Source: Ruminococcus sp. (lineage in GTDB: Bacteria > Bacillota > Clostridia > Oscillospirales > Ruminococcaceae). Taken from it: 64,000 nt of DNA. The translations under genes and the position numbers were made by a program. Positions 19,487 to 29,741 of this stretch are shown here, piece after piece; position 1 is the first letter of the stretch, and every line of letters starts with the position of its first letter. Location: positions 11 through 64,010 of the forward strand of contig JAFXRI010000024.1 in NCBI GenBank assembly GCA_017526445.1, in the 5' to 3' direction. The notes under the pieces are model-generated. The model was not told the origin of the DNA, searched no databases, and worked only from the letters and a program-made list of their open reading frames with translations.

Positions 19487-20713
19487 TCATTTCCTGGTAT
19501 TGGACTGGCGCGATATGCTGAGCAGTATGCCCATTTCGGCCAACTGTATGAGCAGGGCTGTTCCGCCGTAGCTGAAAAACGGCAGCGAGATGCCCGTATT
19601 CGGGAAGGCGTTGCTGGCCACAGCGATATTCAGCAGAGCCTGTGCGCCGATCTGGACGGTGATGCCTGTTGCAAGCATCATTCCGAAACGGTCCTTGGCA
19701 CGGCTGGCGATATAGAATCCGCGGAGTATGAACATAACGAACAGTAATATTACAGCCAGTGCGCCGATAAGCCCCAGCTCCTCACAGACGACTGAGAAAA
19801 CGAAGTCGTTCTGCGACTCGGGCAGGTAGAGGTATTTCTGTCTTGACTCGCCGAAGCCGAGGCCGAACATGCCGCCTGAGCCTATGGCGATCAGGGAGTT
19901 ATAGGTCTGGAGCGTTTTATCCTCGGGGTCAGAAAGGGGATCCTGCCAGCTCTGGATACGGTCGGTGATATAGCCGAAGTCCTTATCTATAAATATCTTA
20001 TAGAGCACGAGTCCTGCGCCGAGGGCAGCGGCCAGTGCGATGAACGCAAAGAAATGCTTTTTGGGCATACCGCTGACGAACATCATAGTAACGCCTATGA
20101 TAGCCACCAGCATAACTGCGGACATATGTCTCTGCTTCATAAGCACGAGTATCACTGCCCCGAGTATCAGTGCGAAGGGCAGCGTAGAATAGCGCCACTT
20201 ATTGAAGCTCTGGAAATTGACCGAGATGATATAAGCGAAGACTATTATAACAGCGATCTTCAGAAACTCCGACGGCTGGAGCTGGAATGAACCTATCTCG
20301 AGCCAGCGGGTAGCGTCGGCGGTCGAACTGCCGACGAAGGATGTGATGAGTGTGACAACAAAGGTCACGGCGAACACAAGATAAGCGATCACGGTATTCT
20401 GGAAGAAATGGTAATCCAGGAAAGACACGGCGATCATCAGGCCGAGACCTATGATTCCCGCACGGATCTGTCTTGTTACATAGTAATAACCGTCGCCCTC
20501 GATAGCGAGAGCTCTTGCATAGCTGGCCGAGAACATCATCACTATGCCGAAGACCAGCAGAACGAGTATCAGCAGACAGAACGGCTTATCTATCTCGGCG
20601 CTTATCAGGCGGAAATTTACGTGTTTTCTGGCCTGAGCGACCCTCTGCTTGCCTGCGCCCTCATTAGGAACGGACGTCTCCGCTGTGTCGGCGCCTGCGG
20701 TATATTCATCCAA
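19487..20713 (-). CDS. ftsW: SEDS peptidoglycan polymerase FtsW/SpoVE
   Basis: QPSEFLK, GSGG..GLG.SRQK..LPESQNDF, PNTGISLPFFSYGG. Confidence 0.92.
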   Translation of the reverse strand: MDEYTAGADTAETSVPNEGAGKQRVAQARKHVNFRLISAEIDKPFCLLILVLLVFGIVMMFSASYARALAIEGDGYYYVTRQIRAGIIGLGLMIAVSFLDYHFFQNTVIAYLVFAVTFVVTLITSFVGSSTADATRWLEIGSFQLQPSEFLKIAVIIVFAYIISVNFQSFNKWRYSTLPFALILGAVILVLMKQRHMSAVMLVAIIGVTMMFVSGMPKKHFFAFIALAAALGAGLVLYKIFIDKDFGYITDRIQSWQDPLSDPEDKTLQTYNSLIAIGSGGMFGLGFGESRQKYLYLPESQNDFVFSVVCEELGLIGALAVILLFVMFILRGFYIASRAKDRFGMMLATGITVQIGAQALLNIAVASNAFPNTGISLPFFSYGGTALLIQLAEMGILLSISRQSNTRK

Positions 20714-20727
20714 GGATCTTTACCCCC

Positions 20728-21801
20728 TTAATCAACGACTAAAACTATCCCCTTCGCATACACAGCGAAGATAAGCGACAATGCGGCGCCTGCGAGACCT
20801 GCCAGCGCAAAGAGAAGCAGCACGGTATGGCTGCCGAAGCCCTTTTCACGCCATAGCATCCGCAGCGGGCGCCTTGGAGATATGTCCCCGCGCTGCGGCT
20901 TAGGTATATGTTTGAATCTTATATAATGGATCACTGCGGCTGCCAGGTCCGCAAGCTGCGGGACAGCAGCGGTCAGCAGCAGAAGCTCCAGCCCGGACAG
21001 TACAACGGAAGCGGCAAACAGTGCTCCTATGAACATAGAGCCCGACTCCCCTGACCAGATCTTAGACGGCGGGAAGGTGAACAGGAGCATACCGATACAG
21101 GCACCTGCGCCTATGTCGGCCAGCAGAGCGCCGCCGTAGGCTGTGACGATCTCACAGCACAGGCCGACTGCAAGCAGCGAAACGGCTCCGGTAAGCTCAC
21201 ACAGTCCGCCCACAGCGGTGCTGTAATCACTTCCGAAGCAAAAATGCAGTTTGAAAACGTTCACAGCTGCGGTCATAAAAAACGCTGTGACGGGATAGTA
21301 AAAGACTCCCGCATCCGCATAGCCCAATCTGAACGGCAGAAGTACTGCAGTGCCCGTATCTCCGTTCTTTGAGAAGCTCAAAAGCAATGTCAGGCTGAGC
21401 AGGAAGATCAAAAGCTGCTTGAACGCTGCGGGGAGCCCGGCGGGCCTTGCGAGGAATTTTCTGAGCCTATCCTCAGCCGCACCCACACACATAATCATTA
21501 TAACATAAATTCCCGCGAAAATCAAGTCCCCGCGAGAATTCTGTGTTATACTTCCATTTAGATCGGCAAAGGCTGCCAAAGGAAAGAACCAGGCTGCAAA
21601 GCCCAATGCTGCAACAACGCCTCCCATAGACGGTTCGGAGCCGTCGGCAGAAAAGCGTCTGCCTATTTTCCATTCGAGCCTGCCTGTTTTTTTAGCCCGC
21701 AGCAGCGGTATCGCTGCCAGCCCGATCAGGAAAACTGTCGGGATCACGAGCATACAAGCTATTATCAAAGCAGCAAGCTGCGATCCGAATGCATCACCCA
21801 A
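20728..21801 (-). CDS. mraY: MraY-like membrane protein with degenerate catalytic motifs
   Basis: Position between murF and ftsW; ~10 TM; PSMGG and PPSKIWSGESGS remnants of MraY motifs; TTG start uncertain. Confidence 0.7.
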   Translation of the reverse strand: MGDAFGSQLAALIIACMLVIPTVFLIGLAAIPLLRAKKTGRLEWKIGRRFSADGSEPSMGGVVAALGFAAWFFPLAAFADLNGSITQNSRGDLIFAGIYVIMIMCVGAAEDRLRKFLARPAGLPAAFKQLLIFLLSLTLLLSFSKNGDTGTAVLLPFRLGYADAGVFYYPVTAFFMTAAVNVFKLHFCFGSDYSTAVGGLCELTGAVSLLAVGLCCEIVTAYGGALLADIGAGACIGMLLFTFPPSKIWSGESGSMFIGALFAASVVLSGLELLLLTAAVPQLADLAAAVIHYIRFKHIPKPQRGDISPRRPLRMLWREKGFGSHTVLLLFALAGLAGAALSLIFAVYAKGIVLVVD

Positions 21802-23158
21802 GGCTTTCGACTACCTCCTCGAGCTTCATTCCCCTGCTGCCCTTAAAGAGCACGGCATCTCCTTCGGAGACCTGAGTTTTCAGGTACTCGGCCAGTTCCT
21901 CTCTTGTGTCGAAATGTTTGCAGGCATCGGCGGGGAATCCCTTCTTCACGGCTCCCTCGATATAGAACTGTGAGTTCTCGCCGAAACAGAGCAGCATATC
22001 GGCCTTCGATGAGGCAACGTGCTCTCCCACATTCTTATGGTAGAGCCTTGCATTCTTTCCAAGCTCCAGCATATCGGCCAGGACGCAGATACGCTTGCCG
22101 TTTTCTGCAGCGGAGACCTGTGACAGTACCGAAAGGGCGGCTTTCATCGAATCGGGTGCAGCATTATAGCAGTCGATTATCAGGGTAATACCGTTTCTGA
22201 CGCTCACATTCTGTCTGAGGCCGCCGGGCTTATAGTCTCCGGCACCTTTGGCGCACTCAGCAGGATCAATGCCGAGCATAACGCCGACACAGAAAGCTGC
22301 CAGGGCATTTCTGATATTATGCTCACCCAGGACCTCCAGCTCAGCGGGGTACTTTCCGCCGTTATAGTTTATAGTAAAGGTTATGCGGTTATTCTCGCTG
22401 ACGATGTTGGAGGCATAGACGTCGCAGTCCTTTTTGCGCAGCGAGTAGTACATTGCACGTCTGCCGCCGTGAAGCTCAATACCCGCAAGCAGTTTATCGT
22501 CGCGGTTGAGGATCAGCGGAGCATCTGGAGCTGCACCGTCGAGTATTTCGAGTTTTGCTTTGAGTATATTCTCCTGCGAGCCCAGATTCTCGATATGAGA
22601 AACGCCAATATTTGTTATCACGCATATTGTGGGAGCTGAGCAGCTGGAGAGCCTTGACATCTCGCCGGCGTGGTTCATACCCATTTCGATAACAGCGGCT
22701 TCATAGCTGTCGTCGAGCCCGAAGAGCGTCTGGGGCATACCGACCTCGTTATTATGGTTGCCTTCTGTTTTCAGAGTCTTGAACTTTCTTGCAAGCACGC
22801 AGGCGATCATATCCTTGGTGGTAGTCTTTCCCACGCTGCCGGTAATACCGACGAGGGGGATGGAGAACTTCTCTCTGTAATAATGGGCGAGATCCAGCAG
22901 AGCCTTGGCAGTGGAATCGACGATGATACACTTTGCGCCTTCGACAGGTCTTTCGGTGATAACAGCGGCTGCACCCAGCTTCATAGCCTCGGCGGCAAAA
23001 TCGTGGCCGTCGAAGTTCTCACCCTTGAGGGCTAAAAACACTGAGTTTTCGGTTATCTTTCTTGTATCCGTCGAGATGCTGTCAACAAGCGTATCCGAGG
23101 GATAGCCGAAGCTCCCATCGACAGCCGAGACGATCTCTGCCAAACTCATTTTCTTCAT
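21794..23158 (-). CDS. murF: UDP-MurNAc-tripeptide--D-Ala-D-Ala ligase
   Basis: ITGSVGKTTTK, NHNNEVG, EMGM, DCYNA, KGSRGM. Confidence 0.95.
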   Translation of the reverse strand: MKKMSLAEIVSAVDGSFGYPSDTLVDSISTDTRKITENSVFLALKGENFDGHDFAAEAMKLGAAAVITERPVEGAKCIIVDSTAKALLDLAHYYREKFSIPLVGITGSVGKTTTKDMIACVLARKFKTLKTEGNHNNEVGMPQTLFGLDDSYEAAVIEMGMNHAGEMSRLSSCSAPTICVITNIGVSHIENLGSQENILKAKLEILDGAAPDAPLILNRDDKLLAGIELHGGRRAMYYSLRKKDCDVYASNIVSENNRITFTINYNGGKYPAELEVLGEHNIRNALAAFCVGVMLGIDPAECAKGAGDYKPGGLRQNVSVRNGITLIIDCYNAAPDSMKAALSVLSQVSAAENGKRICVLADMLELGKNARLYHKNVGEHVASSKADMLLCFGENSQFYIEGAVKKGFPADACKHFDTREELAEYLKTQVSEGDAVLFKGSRGMKLEEVVESLG

Positions 23159-23203
23159 AACGGATGTCTCCTTACTTATGGTATGTGCGGTCTTTGCGGG
23201 GGT

Positions 23204-24637
23204 TCAGCACTCGGCAAGAGCCTCAGCCACGACCTCTCTTTCATCAAAGTGGATCTTGACGCCGCCTGCAAGGATCTGATAATCCTCATGTCCCTTGCCG
23301 GCGAGGACGATTATATCATCCTTCTCAGCGTTCCTGACTGCCCAATGGATAGCCTCACGTCTGTCGGTTATCTTGATATAGGGAGTATTCTTGCCTTCGA
23401 GTCCTTTCATTATATCGTTTATGATATCCTCGGGATCCTCATTGCGGGGGTTATCCGATGTGATGATGAGGAAATCGGCGTTATCAGCAGCAGCTGCTGC
23501 CATAAGGGGGCGCTTGGTGGCGTCTCTGTTTCCGCCGCATCCGAACAGGCACTTGACCTTGCCCTCGGCACCGTTTTTTATGGCTGAGAGGACATTGACA
23601 AGGGCATCAGGGGTATGGGCATAGTCGCAGATAACAGTAAAGTCCTTGCCGGTTGGGATCACCTCTGCTCTGCCGCGGACGCCCTGCATCTTATTGAGCT
23701 GACGGATGACCTTTTCGGCATCGAAGCCGAGAGTCTCACAGCAGGCGATAACGGCCAAAGAGTTTGATACATTAAACACGCCGGGCATTTTGAAATCCAC
23801 GTTATGCTTATTTCTGCCGTCGCAGTACACATACTTGACGCCGCTTGCCGAGAGGAGTATATCCTCAGCATAGAAGTCGGCCTTCTGCTCGGCGGAATAG
23901 GTATTCTTGGGGCAGCTGATCTCCTCGAGATAGCGTCTGCCGTAGAAGTCGTCGATATTGATTATGGCCTGAGCCGACACATCGAAGAGCAGTTTCTTAG
24001 CCTGATAGTAATTTTCCATAGAGCCGTGGACGTCCAGGTGGTCCTGGGTGAGATTAGTGAATATACCGACAGCAAACTCGCAGGGGCCGAGGCGCTTCTG
24101 CTCCAGGCCCTGAGAGGAAGCCTCCATCACCACATACTCACAGCCCTCGTCGGCCATTCTGCGGAACAGCGCGAAAAGCTCATAGGGCTCGGGAGTTGTC
24201 ATAGTTGTGGGTATAAGGGTGCTGCCGATCTCGTTCTGACAGGTCCCGATGAGTCCCACTTTTTTGCCGAAGCCGTCGAGGACCTTCTTCATAACGGTAG
24301 TAATAGTGGTCTTGCCGTTGGTACCGGTCACGCCGATAAGCTTCAGCTGTTTCTGGGGATCGCCGAAATATCTTGCGCACAATGCGGGATAGGCTGCTCT
24401 TGTATCGGGTACGATGATCTGATTATCAAGCCCGAGGTCATGCTCGCACACGATAACGGAAGCGCCTTTTGCGATCATATCGTTTGCGGCGTTATGCCCG
24501 TCGAAGGTATTGCCCTTGATGCACACGAACACAAACCCTTCGGGCATTTCCCTTCGGGTATCTGAGGTGACATCGGAGATCTCCCTGTCAGGCAGTTCAG
24601 TCTGCGCTATGCCTTTAATCAAATCATACAGTTTCAT
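23204..24637 (-). CDS. murE: UDP-MurNAc-dipeptide--meso-DAP ligase
   Basis: GTNGKTT, DYAHTPD, DNPR (DAP-specific), AGKGHE. Confidence 0.95.
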   Translation of the reverse strand: MKLYDLIKGIAQTELPDREISDVTSDTRREMPEGFVFVCIKGNTFDGHNAANDMIAKGASVIVCEHDLGLDNQIIVPDTRAAYPALCARYFGDPQKQLKLIGVTGTNGKTTITTVMKKVLDGFGKKVGLIGTCQNEIGSTLIPTTMTTPEPYELFALFRRMADEGCEYVVMEASSQGLEQKRLGPCEFAVGIFTNLTQDHLDVHGSMENYYQAKKLLFDVSAQAIINIDDFYGRRYLEEISCPKNTYSAEQKADFYAEDILLSASGVKYVYCDGRNKHNVDFKMPGVFNVSNSLAVIACCETLGFDAEKVIRQLNKMQGVRGRAEVIPTGKDFTVICDYAHTPDALVNVLSAIKNGAEGKVKCLFGCGGNRDATKRPLMAAAAADNADFLIITSDNPRNEDPEDIINDIMKGLEGKNTPYIKITDRREAIHWAVRNAEKDDIIVLAGKGHEDYQILAGGVKIHFDEREVVAEALAEC

Positions 24638-24682
24638 AGTTCTTCCTTCTCTCTCGGTTTTAGGAAATTGTGATCCGTAGTT

Positions 24683-27037
24683 TTACTCGTCCTTGAACGT
24701 TACCGACACGGCCGTCCCCTCCGGTACGACTGTCTGCGCGGCATAGTTCTGGTCGCCGTCCGCGACGGCTGTTTCGCTGTCAGCAGCGCTGCCAAGTGTA
24801 GTAAGGTTCAGACCTGCCTCTTCAAGTGCTGCTTTCGCCTTTTCTCTGGTAAGGCCCTTGAGATTCGGTACAGTTACCAGCTTCTCGGTATAGCCTTCCT
24901 CGGTGTAGAGAACGACGGTGCCGCCCTTTTCGATGTTGCCCGTAACGGGGACCTGCTTGACAACAGAATCGCCCTTGCCCTGCACATTCACTTTGAGCCC
25001 CGCCTCATCGAGTGTCTTCCTTGCGTTCTCGATAGGAGCGAACTCGACATTCGGTACAGTTACCTGGAGCTGTGCCAACTCGTCATCGGTGTACTGAGGG
25101 AAGTATCCCAGGTAAGGGAGGACCTCGCTCATTACCTCGACGCACACAGGAGCTGCAAGCTCAGAACCATAGTACATCTGACCGGTAGGATGGTCGATCA
25201 TCACCAGCATTATTATCTCGGGATCGTCTGCGGGAGCAAAAGCACAGTAGGAAGCGACGTAGGTATTACCTGTCTCGTCCTCATCCAGCTTCTGCGAGGT
25301 ACCCGACTTACCGCCTATACGGTAGCCCTTGATATTGCAGTTGCCCGTAGGTTCGGAGACGACCACATTTTCGAGGATCTCTCTCATAGTCTTTGAAACA
25401 TCCTCGGAGATGACCTGTCTTTTCATAACGGGCTCGTTATCGGTGATGACATTGCCCTTGGAATCGACTATCTTATCCACGACCTGAGGAGTCATAAGGT
25501 AGCCTCCGTTGATAACAGCCGAAAAAGCTGAGATCATCTGTATCGGGGTGATCTTATTGGACTGTCCGAAGCTGGAGGCCGAAAGATCGACGATGGTCAT
25601 ATCCTCTTCACGGTGGTATATCGAATCGGCCTCGCCGGGGAGGTCGATACCGGTCTTTTCGGTGAACCCGTAGGCACGGAAGAACTTGGAGAAGCCTTCC
25701 ACGCCGAGCCGCTGTCCTATCTGGACGAAAGCGGGGTTACAGGAATTGGTCATTGCAAGCGCCAGATTCTGGGAGCCGTGATCGACGAAGGACCAGCAAT
25801 GCATCTGGTGGTCGGCGACCTGTATGAAGGTATTGCAGGGGAAGGTATCGTTCAGTGTGATGACCTGCTGCTCCAGCGCGGAGGAACCGGTTATTACCTT
25901 GAACACGGAGCCAGGGTTATAAAGCTCGGAAACGGCCTTATTCTTCCACTGCTCGCTCCAGGCTTCCAGCTGGACCTTCTTATACTCCTTTGAATCCTCC
26001 GGCAGTGCGGCGAGTTTTGCCGCTGACTTATCGTCGGTTATATCAGCCGGAGAGTTGGGATCATAGCTGTAATTGGTGGCCATAGCCAGCACGGCGCCTG
26101 TTTTCGGGTTCATAACTATGCCGCAGGCTCTGTCCGTGGGGTTTGCTATAGATACGCCCTTTGCCAGAGCTTTTTCCAGCTGATACTGGATATTGACGTC
26201 GATATTGAGCACGAGGGACGAGCCGTCCTGCGCGTCATAGGACTGTCTGTATCTATAAGGTATCTCTGTACCGTCGCGGGCGGTGGCGGTGATGACTCTG
26301 CCGTCTATACCGCGGAGGTAGTTATCGTAATAAGCCTCGATGCCGTAGATGCCGTCGCCGTCATAGCTCAGATGTCCGAGAACATTGGCGGCAAGGGCGC
26401 CCTGGGGATAGAATCTTTTCGTAGCGGGCTCGCACCTTATGCCGTCGAGCTTCTCCTTGGTGAGGTATTCCTCTATCTTGGAGGCAACGGTCTTTTCCAC
26501 ATTCTTCTTGATTATCTCGTATCGGGATTCCTTATTTGTGCAATGCTCTCTTACCGACTCAGGCTCGACTTTCAGCGTCTGCGCCAGAAAGCTCACCAGC
26601 TCGCTGTAGGACTGATCGGTAGATTTGGTCTCGGCAAGCCTTTCCTGATATCTGAGCAGTTTGGACTTATCGTCCTCATCCTCTATGAGCTCTTTGAGTT
26701 CCTTTATCTTTGCATCTCTTTTATCAAGGTAATCATCCCACAGCATCACAGGGTCCACATATACTGTATAGACCGTAGCGCTCTGTGCGAGGACCTGGCC
26801 GTTGGTATCGAAGATGGAACCTCTTGACGCAGGGATGACTGTACTTCTCACCTGCTGAGAGTTAGCCAGCTCCTGCCACTGTTCGGCCTCGGTGACTGAC
26901 ACCTTGAAAATCTGCGTTATTATATATATCACTATCAGGAACAGGACGAACACGACATACCGCGTCAGCCTGTTTTTCATTACCCTTGTAGGCGCGTCTG
27001 CCTGCGTGGGCTTGGGAGCTTTTTTCAAACGGAACAT
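24683..27037 (-). CDS. Class B penicillin-binding protein (FtsI/SpoVD-like) with PASTA domains
   Basis: SVFK, SCN, KSG motifs; two C-terminal VPN.. PASTA repeats. Confidence 0.92.
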   Translation of the reverse strand: MFRLKKAPKPTQADAPTRVMKNRLTRYVVFVLFLIVIYIITQIFKVSVTEAEQWQELANSQQVRSTVIPASRGSIFDTNGQVLAQSATVYTVYVDPVMLWDDYLDKRDAKIKELKELIEDEDDKSKLLRYQERLAETKSTDQSYSELVSFLAQTLKVEPESVREHCTNKESRYEIIKKNVEKTVASKIEEYLTKEKLDGIRCEPATKRFYPQGALAANVLGHLSYDGDGIYGIEAYYDNYLRGIDGRVITATARDGTEIPYRYRQSYDAQDGSSLVLNIDVNIQYQLEKALAKGVSIANPTDRACGIVMNPKTGAVLAMATNYSYDPNSPADITDDKSAAKLAALPEDSKEYKKVQLEAWSEQWKNKAVSELYNPGSVFKVITGSSALEQQVITLNDTFPCNTFIQVADHQMHCWSFVDHGSQNLALAMTNSCNPAFVQIGQRLGVEGFSKFFRAYGFTEKTGIDLPGEADSIYHREEDMTIVDLSASSFGQSNKITPIQMISAFSAVINGGYLMTPQVVDKIVDSKGNVITDNEPVMKRQVISEDVSKTMREILENVVVSEPTGNCNIKGYRIGGKSGTSQKLDEDETGNTYVASYCAFAPADDPEIIMLVMIDHPTGQMYYGSELAAPVCVEVMSEVLPYLGYFPQYTDDELAQLQVTVPNVEFAPIENARKTLDEAGLKVNVQGKGDSVVKQVPVTGNIEKGGTVVLYTEEGYTEKLVTVPNLKGLTREKAKAALEEAGLNLTTLGSAADSETAVADGDQNYAAQTVVPEGTAVSVTFKDE

Positions 27038-27147
27038 CTGTAATTACCTCGTGATCTGACCGGAAAGCATTCCTTTCCGGCGCACATGATATAGAACAAG
27101 AAAGCTAAGCACATACTTTTGTCCATAGCTTTCTGATTAATTCTATT

Positions 27148-27630
27148 TTATTGAGCGCCGATATATTCCAGCACGCCCATAAACCAGTTCTTTATGCTCA
27201 CAAACACATTATCGTCCTCGGGAGCATCTGCTTCGGCCACCTTGGATTTAGGCACCTCAACATATTCGATCTGGTACTTGTCGAGCTTTTTAAGGCCCAA
27301 CTGATTTTCAGCATACTCCTCGACCTTAGTAAGACCTGTCTTCTGCGCGAGTTCAGACTCAAGACTGACGTTCTCGTTGCGAAGCCTTGAAAGCTCAGTC
27401 TCCAGCTCGCTCTGCTGTGAATAGAGGCTGGAAAGCTCTACTCTGCCGTAGATCATATAGCAAAGCAGTGCAAGAGCGCAGGCAGCGAGGAGAAACGCCT
27501 TTATAATGCTGACAGTCCTGCGGGCAGGAGCAGAAACAGCTTTCGGTGTCTTAGGCTTCTCGCGTGAAAGTTCTTCTTCGTCGTATATGCTGTAATCATA
27601 AGCCAAGTTATGAGAATTGAGATCTGCCAT
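27148..27630 (-). CDS. ftsL: FtsL-like protein
   Basis: NLAYD motif, TM + coiled coil, A..QLGL; between rsmH and pbp. Confidence 0.75.
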   Translation of the reverse strand: MADLNSHNLAYDYSIYDEEELSREKPKTPKAVSAPARRTVSIIKAFLLAACALALLCYMIYGRVELSSLYSQQSELETELSRLRNENVSLESELAQKTGLTKVEEYAENQLGLKKLDKYQIEYVEVPKSKVAEADAPEDDNVFVSIKNWFMGVLEYIGAQ

Positions 27631-27660
27631 ATATATCACCTTACCAGAAATGAACAAACA

Positions 27661-28590
27661 TTATTTTATCTTCCTGATGATGCGCAGCTTTGCGCTGCGG
27701 CTGCGGTTGTTCTCCGCAAGCTCATCCTCCGAAGGCTCGATCGGCTTTCTTGTGACGATCTCTCCCCTCGGTGTCTTGCCGCACACGCACACCGGGAATT
27801 CCGGCGGACAGGAACAGCCTCTTGCGAAGCTTTGGAATCTTTGCTTGACGAGCCTGTCCTCCAGCGAATGGAAGGTTATCACTGCCAGTCTTCCGCCGGG
27901 ATTAAGGCAGTCAAAAGCTTCGTCCAGCGCCCGGTCCAGGTGTCCGAGCTCATTATTTACTTCTATCCTTATAGCCTGGAAGGTCTTCTTACAAGGATTC
28001 TTCTCACGTCTGACCTTCTGCGGCACGCAGTTTTTTATGATCTCTGCCAGCTGAAAGGTCGTCTCTATCGGTTTTTCCTCTCTTGACCTGACAATGCCGG
28101 ATGCGATGCTTCGGGCGTATTTTTCCTCTCCGTACTCGAATATGATCTTAGAGAGCTGCTCGTAAGGGTACTCGTTGACCACGTCCCTTGCTGACATACC
28201 CTCGCTGCTCATCCTCATATCCAGCGGGGCATCCTGATGATAGGAGAACCCGCGGCTGCCGTTATCGAGCTGATAGCTTGACACGCCGAGATCGAGCAGG
28301 ATACCGTCGGCACCCTTTATACCTCTTTCGGCAAGCACGCTGCGCATCTCGGAATAGTTAGCCTGTACGACCTCTGCGGGGAGCCCTTTAAGCCGCTGTC
28401 CTGCGACAGCCACAGCCTCGGGATCCCTGTCGAGGGAGATCAGTCTTCCCTTCCCTGCTTCGAGCCTTGCTGCTATCTCGCGGGAATGTCCCGCTCCGCC
28501 GGCCGTTCCGTCAACATAGATGCCGTCCGGCCTGATGCAAAGCCCTTCGATGCACTCGCCGAGCATTACCGGATAGTGCTTGAAATCCAT
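27661..28590 (-). CDS. rsmH: 16S rRNA C1402 N4-methyltransferase
   Basis: HYPVM, DGTAGGAGH, DLGVSSYQ, FHSLEDR, NNRSRSAKLR. Confidence 0.97.
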   Translation of the reverse strand: MDFKHYPVMLGECIEGLCIRPDGIYVDGTAGGAGHSREIAARLEAGKGRLISLDRDPEAVAVAGQRLKGLPAEVVQANYSEMRSVLAERGIKGADGILLDLGVSSYQLDNGSRGFSYHQDAPLDMRMSSEGMSARDVVNEYPYEQLSKIIFEYGEEKYARSIASGIVRSREEKPIETTFQLAEIIKNCVPQKVRREKNPCKKTFQAIRIEVNNELGHLDRALDEAFDCLNPGGRLAVITFHSLEDRLVKQRFQSFARGCSCPPEFPVCVCGKTPRGEIVTRKPIEPSEDELAENNRSRSAKLRIIRKIK

Positions 28591-29036
28591 TAAAAGTCAA
28601 GTCCTTCCAAAGCGTCCATAAGTGCGCCGAGGTCAACACTGTTGTTGAAATCCTCCCACTTCTGCTTATCCCAGATCTCGCACCTGTCGGACACACCTGT
28701 TACAACGATCTCCTTATCGAGGCCTGCAAGTGTTCTCAGGGCAGGAGGGATAAGTATCCTTCCCTGCTTATCGGCCTCGACCTCGCTCGCATTAGCCATG
28801 AACACGCGCTGGAAGTTCCTCGCCTGCGACATAGGCAGGTTCCTGATCTTCTCGGCACGCAGTTCAAAGTCTTCTTTTGAATACACGAACAAGCAGCCGT
28901 CGCTTCCCCTGGTGACGATGAACCTTTCGCCGATGATCTCGCGCAGCTTTGCAGGGAATGTCATCCTGCCCTTTACGTCCATTGACTGATAATAGGTACC
29001 CTTCAGGGTATGTCTGGCGTTCTCATTTTCCGACAA
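28590..29036 (-). CDS. mraZ: dcw cluster repressor MraZ
   Basis: DVKGR and DKQGR repeats; probable TTG start after GGAGGTG. Confidence 0.93.
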   Translation of the reverse strand: MSENENARHTLKGTYYQSMDVKGRMTFPAKLREIIGERFIVTRGSDGCLFVYSKEDFELRAEKIRNLPMSQARNFQRVFMANASEVEADKQGRILIPPALRTLAGLDKEIVVTGVSDRCEIWDKQKWEDFNNSVDLGALMDALEGLDF

Positions 29037-29110
29037 AGTGTTCACCTCCCGACCTGTGATGTAAGGCTTGACGAGCGGCTTCTGCAAATTCTGGTGAAAT
29101 TTCAGGGAAC

Positions 29111-29177
29111 TTTCACCACTTTTTTGCACTTTTCACCACTCTGTCACTATTATACACCACTGATCCGGAAATTGCAA
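29111..29177 (-). promoter_or_regulatory. dcw promoter with MraZ-binding direct repeats
   Basis: TTGCAA-17-TATAAT (extended TG), followed by AGTGGTGAAA/AGTGCAAAAA/AGTGGTGAAA at 10-bp period. Confidence 0.8.
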
Positions 29178-29394
29178 CAGCTAAATCGATCTTTTTTTGC
29201 CTTCGGGGCATTATGCAGGCCAAATCCGTCCTAAAACCGCAGATTTTTTCTGAGAATTTTGTAATATTTACTCGAACTGCATTAACCTAATTGTAATTTA
29301 TAGATTAAATATGAACGGCAAAATACGGTAAAAGAATTAACTTTTCCGAACGGACGGCATCGGCCCTCTAAAATCCCGAATTTTCCTTACTGAT

Positions 29395-29423
29395 ATTATA
29401 CCACAACATCTTGTATAGGTCAA
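29395..29423 (-). promoter_or_regulatory. Second SigA-type promoter upstream of mraZ, NrdR-box-like spacer
   Basis: TTGACC-17-TATAAT; spacer reads CCACAACATCTTGTAT on + strand. Confidence 0.6.
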
Positions 29424-29675
29424 CACCTTTTTTTGGAATATACACAATTTTCAAAAGATTTTTCCTGCGGGGAGTTTTTTTGTACTCATTGCGGCGAATA
29501 AGTTACAGAATCTTCCATAAAAGTTACAAAATAATTTTGTTTTTTCATTTAATTATTACAAAATGCAATCGAACATATATTTAAAAACTTTTTGTTAACA
29601 TCTTTTTGTAACTATTTGTAATTCACAAACACCGGTTTGTAAGATACGTTCTGGCTGCGGTCTGTGATCCCGGGC

Positions 29676-29711
29676 AAAAAAAGGGCTCCCCGGTACGATA
29701 CCGGAGAGCCC
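29676..29711 (-). terminator. Terminator after ppa
   Basis: GGGCTC..CCGG/CCGG..GAGCCC stem plus T7 on minus strand. Confidence 0.7.
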
Positions 29712-29741
29712 CGAAGAGTATTCCTGATACATTCCTGCCCT

